DNA of 33,499 bases from Craspedostauros australis (lineage: Eukaryota), in NCBI GenBank assembly GCA_030167865.1, contig JALAGF010005877.1, positions 1 to 33,499 of the forward strand, read 5' to 3'. Positions within the stretch are counted from its first letter, which is position 1, and every line of letters starts with the position of its first letter. The translations under genes were made by a program, and so were the position numbers. This document shows, in pieces, positions 33,440 to 33,499 of this stretch. The notes under the pieces were generated by a model. It saw only the letters and a list, made by a program, of their open reading frames with translations. It did no database searches and had not been told where the DNA came from.

Positions 33440-33499
33440 CTTGGATTCTCTTGTTGATTGTGGGAGTTGGAAAGTGCCAGAGCGACGGAGACTGATGCG

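Overview
Eukaryotic nuclear DNA, most likely from a diatom or a related photosynthetic stramenopile. This is inferred from short GT-AG introns, a bipartite plastid-targeting presequence with a G|F cleavage motif, and diatom-typical gene families. The left ~11.2 kb is a diverged tandem duplication (offset ~7.9 kb). Copy A carries an intact ankyrin-coiled coil-BTB/BACK gene and two head-to-head pseudogenes whose stops are mostly TGA; the paralog shows two of these stops were CGA. Copy B carries a paralog with 13 ankyrin repeats, two frameshifts and a ~2 kb deletion. The rest is ordinary gene-dense sequence: an RNI/LRR-like orphan, ZMAT2/Snu23 (1 intron), a TALE homeobox gene (1 intron), a cytosolic-type aspartyl-tRNA synthetase with a mitochondrial-like N-terminal extension (2 introns), a secreted two-module Cys-rich repeat protein, a ~1 kb LTR-like insert, a plastid DUF3119 protein and a large effector-less COG3899-like STAND ATPase. 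No rRNA, tRNA or CRISPR was recognised. All alignments and family calls were made by eye, with no database searches.
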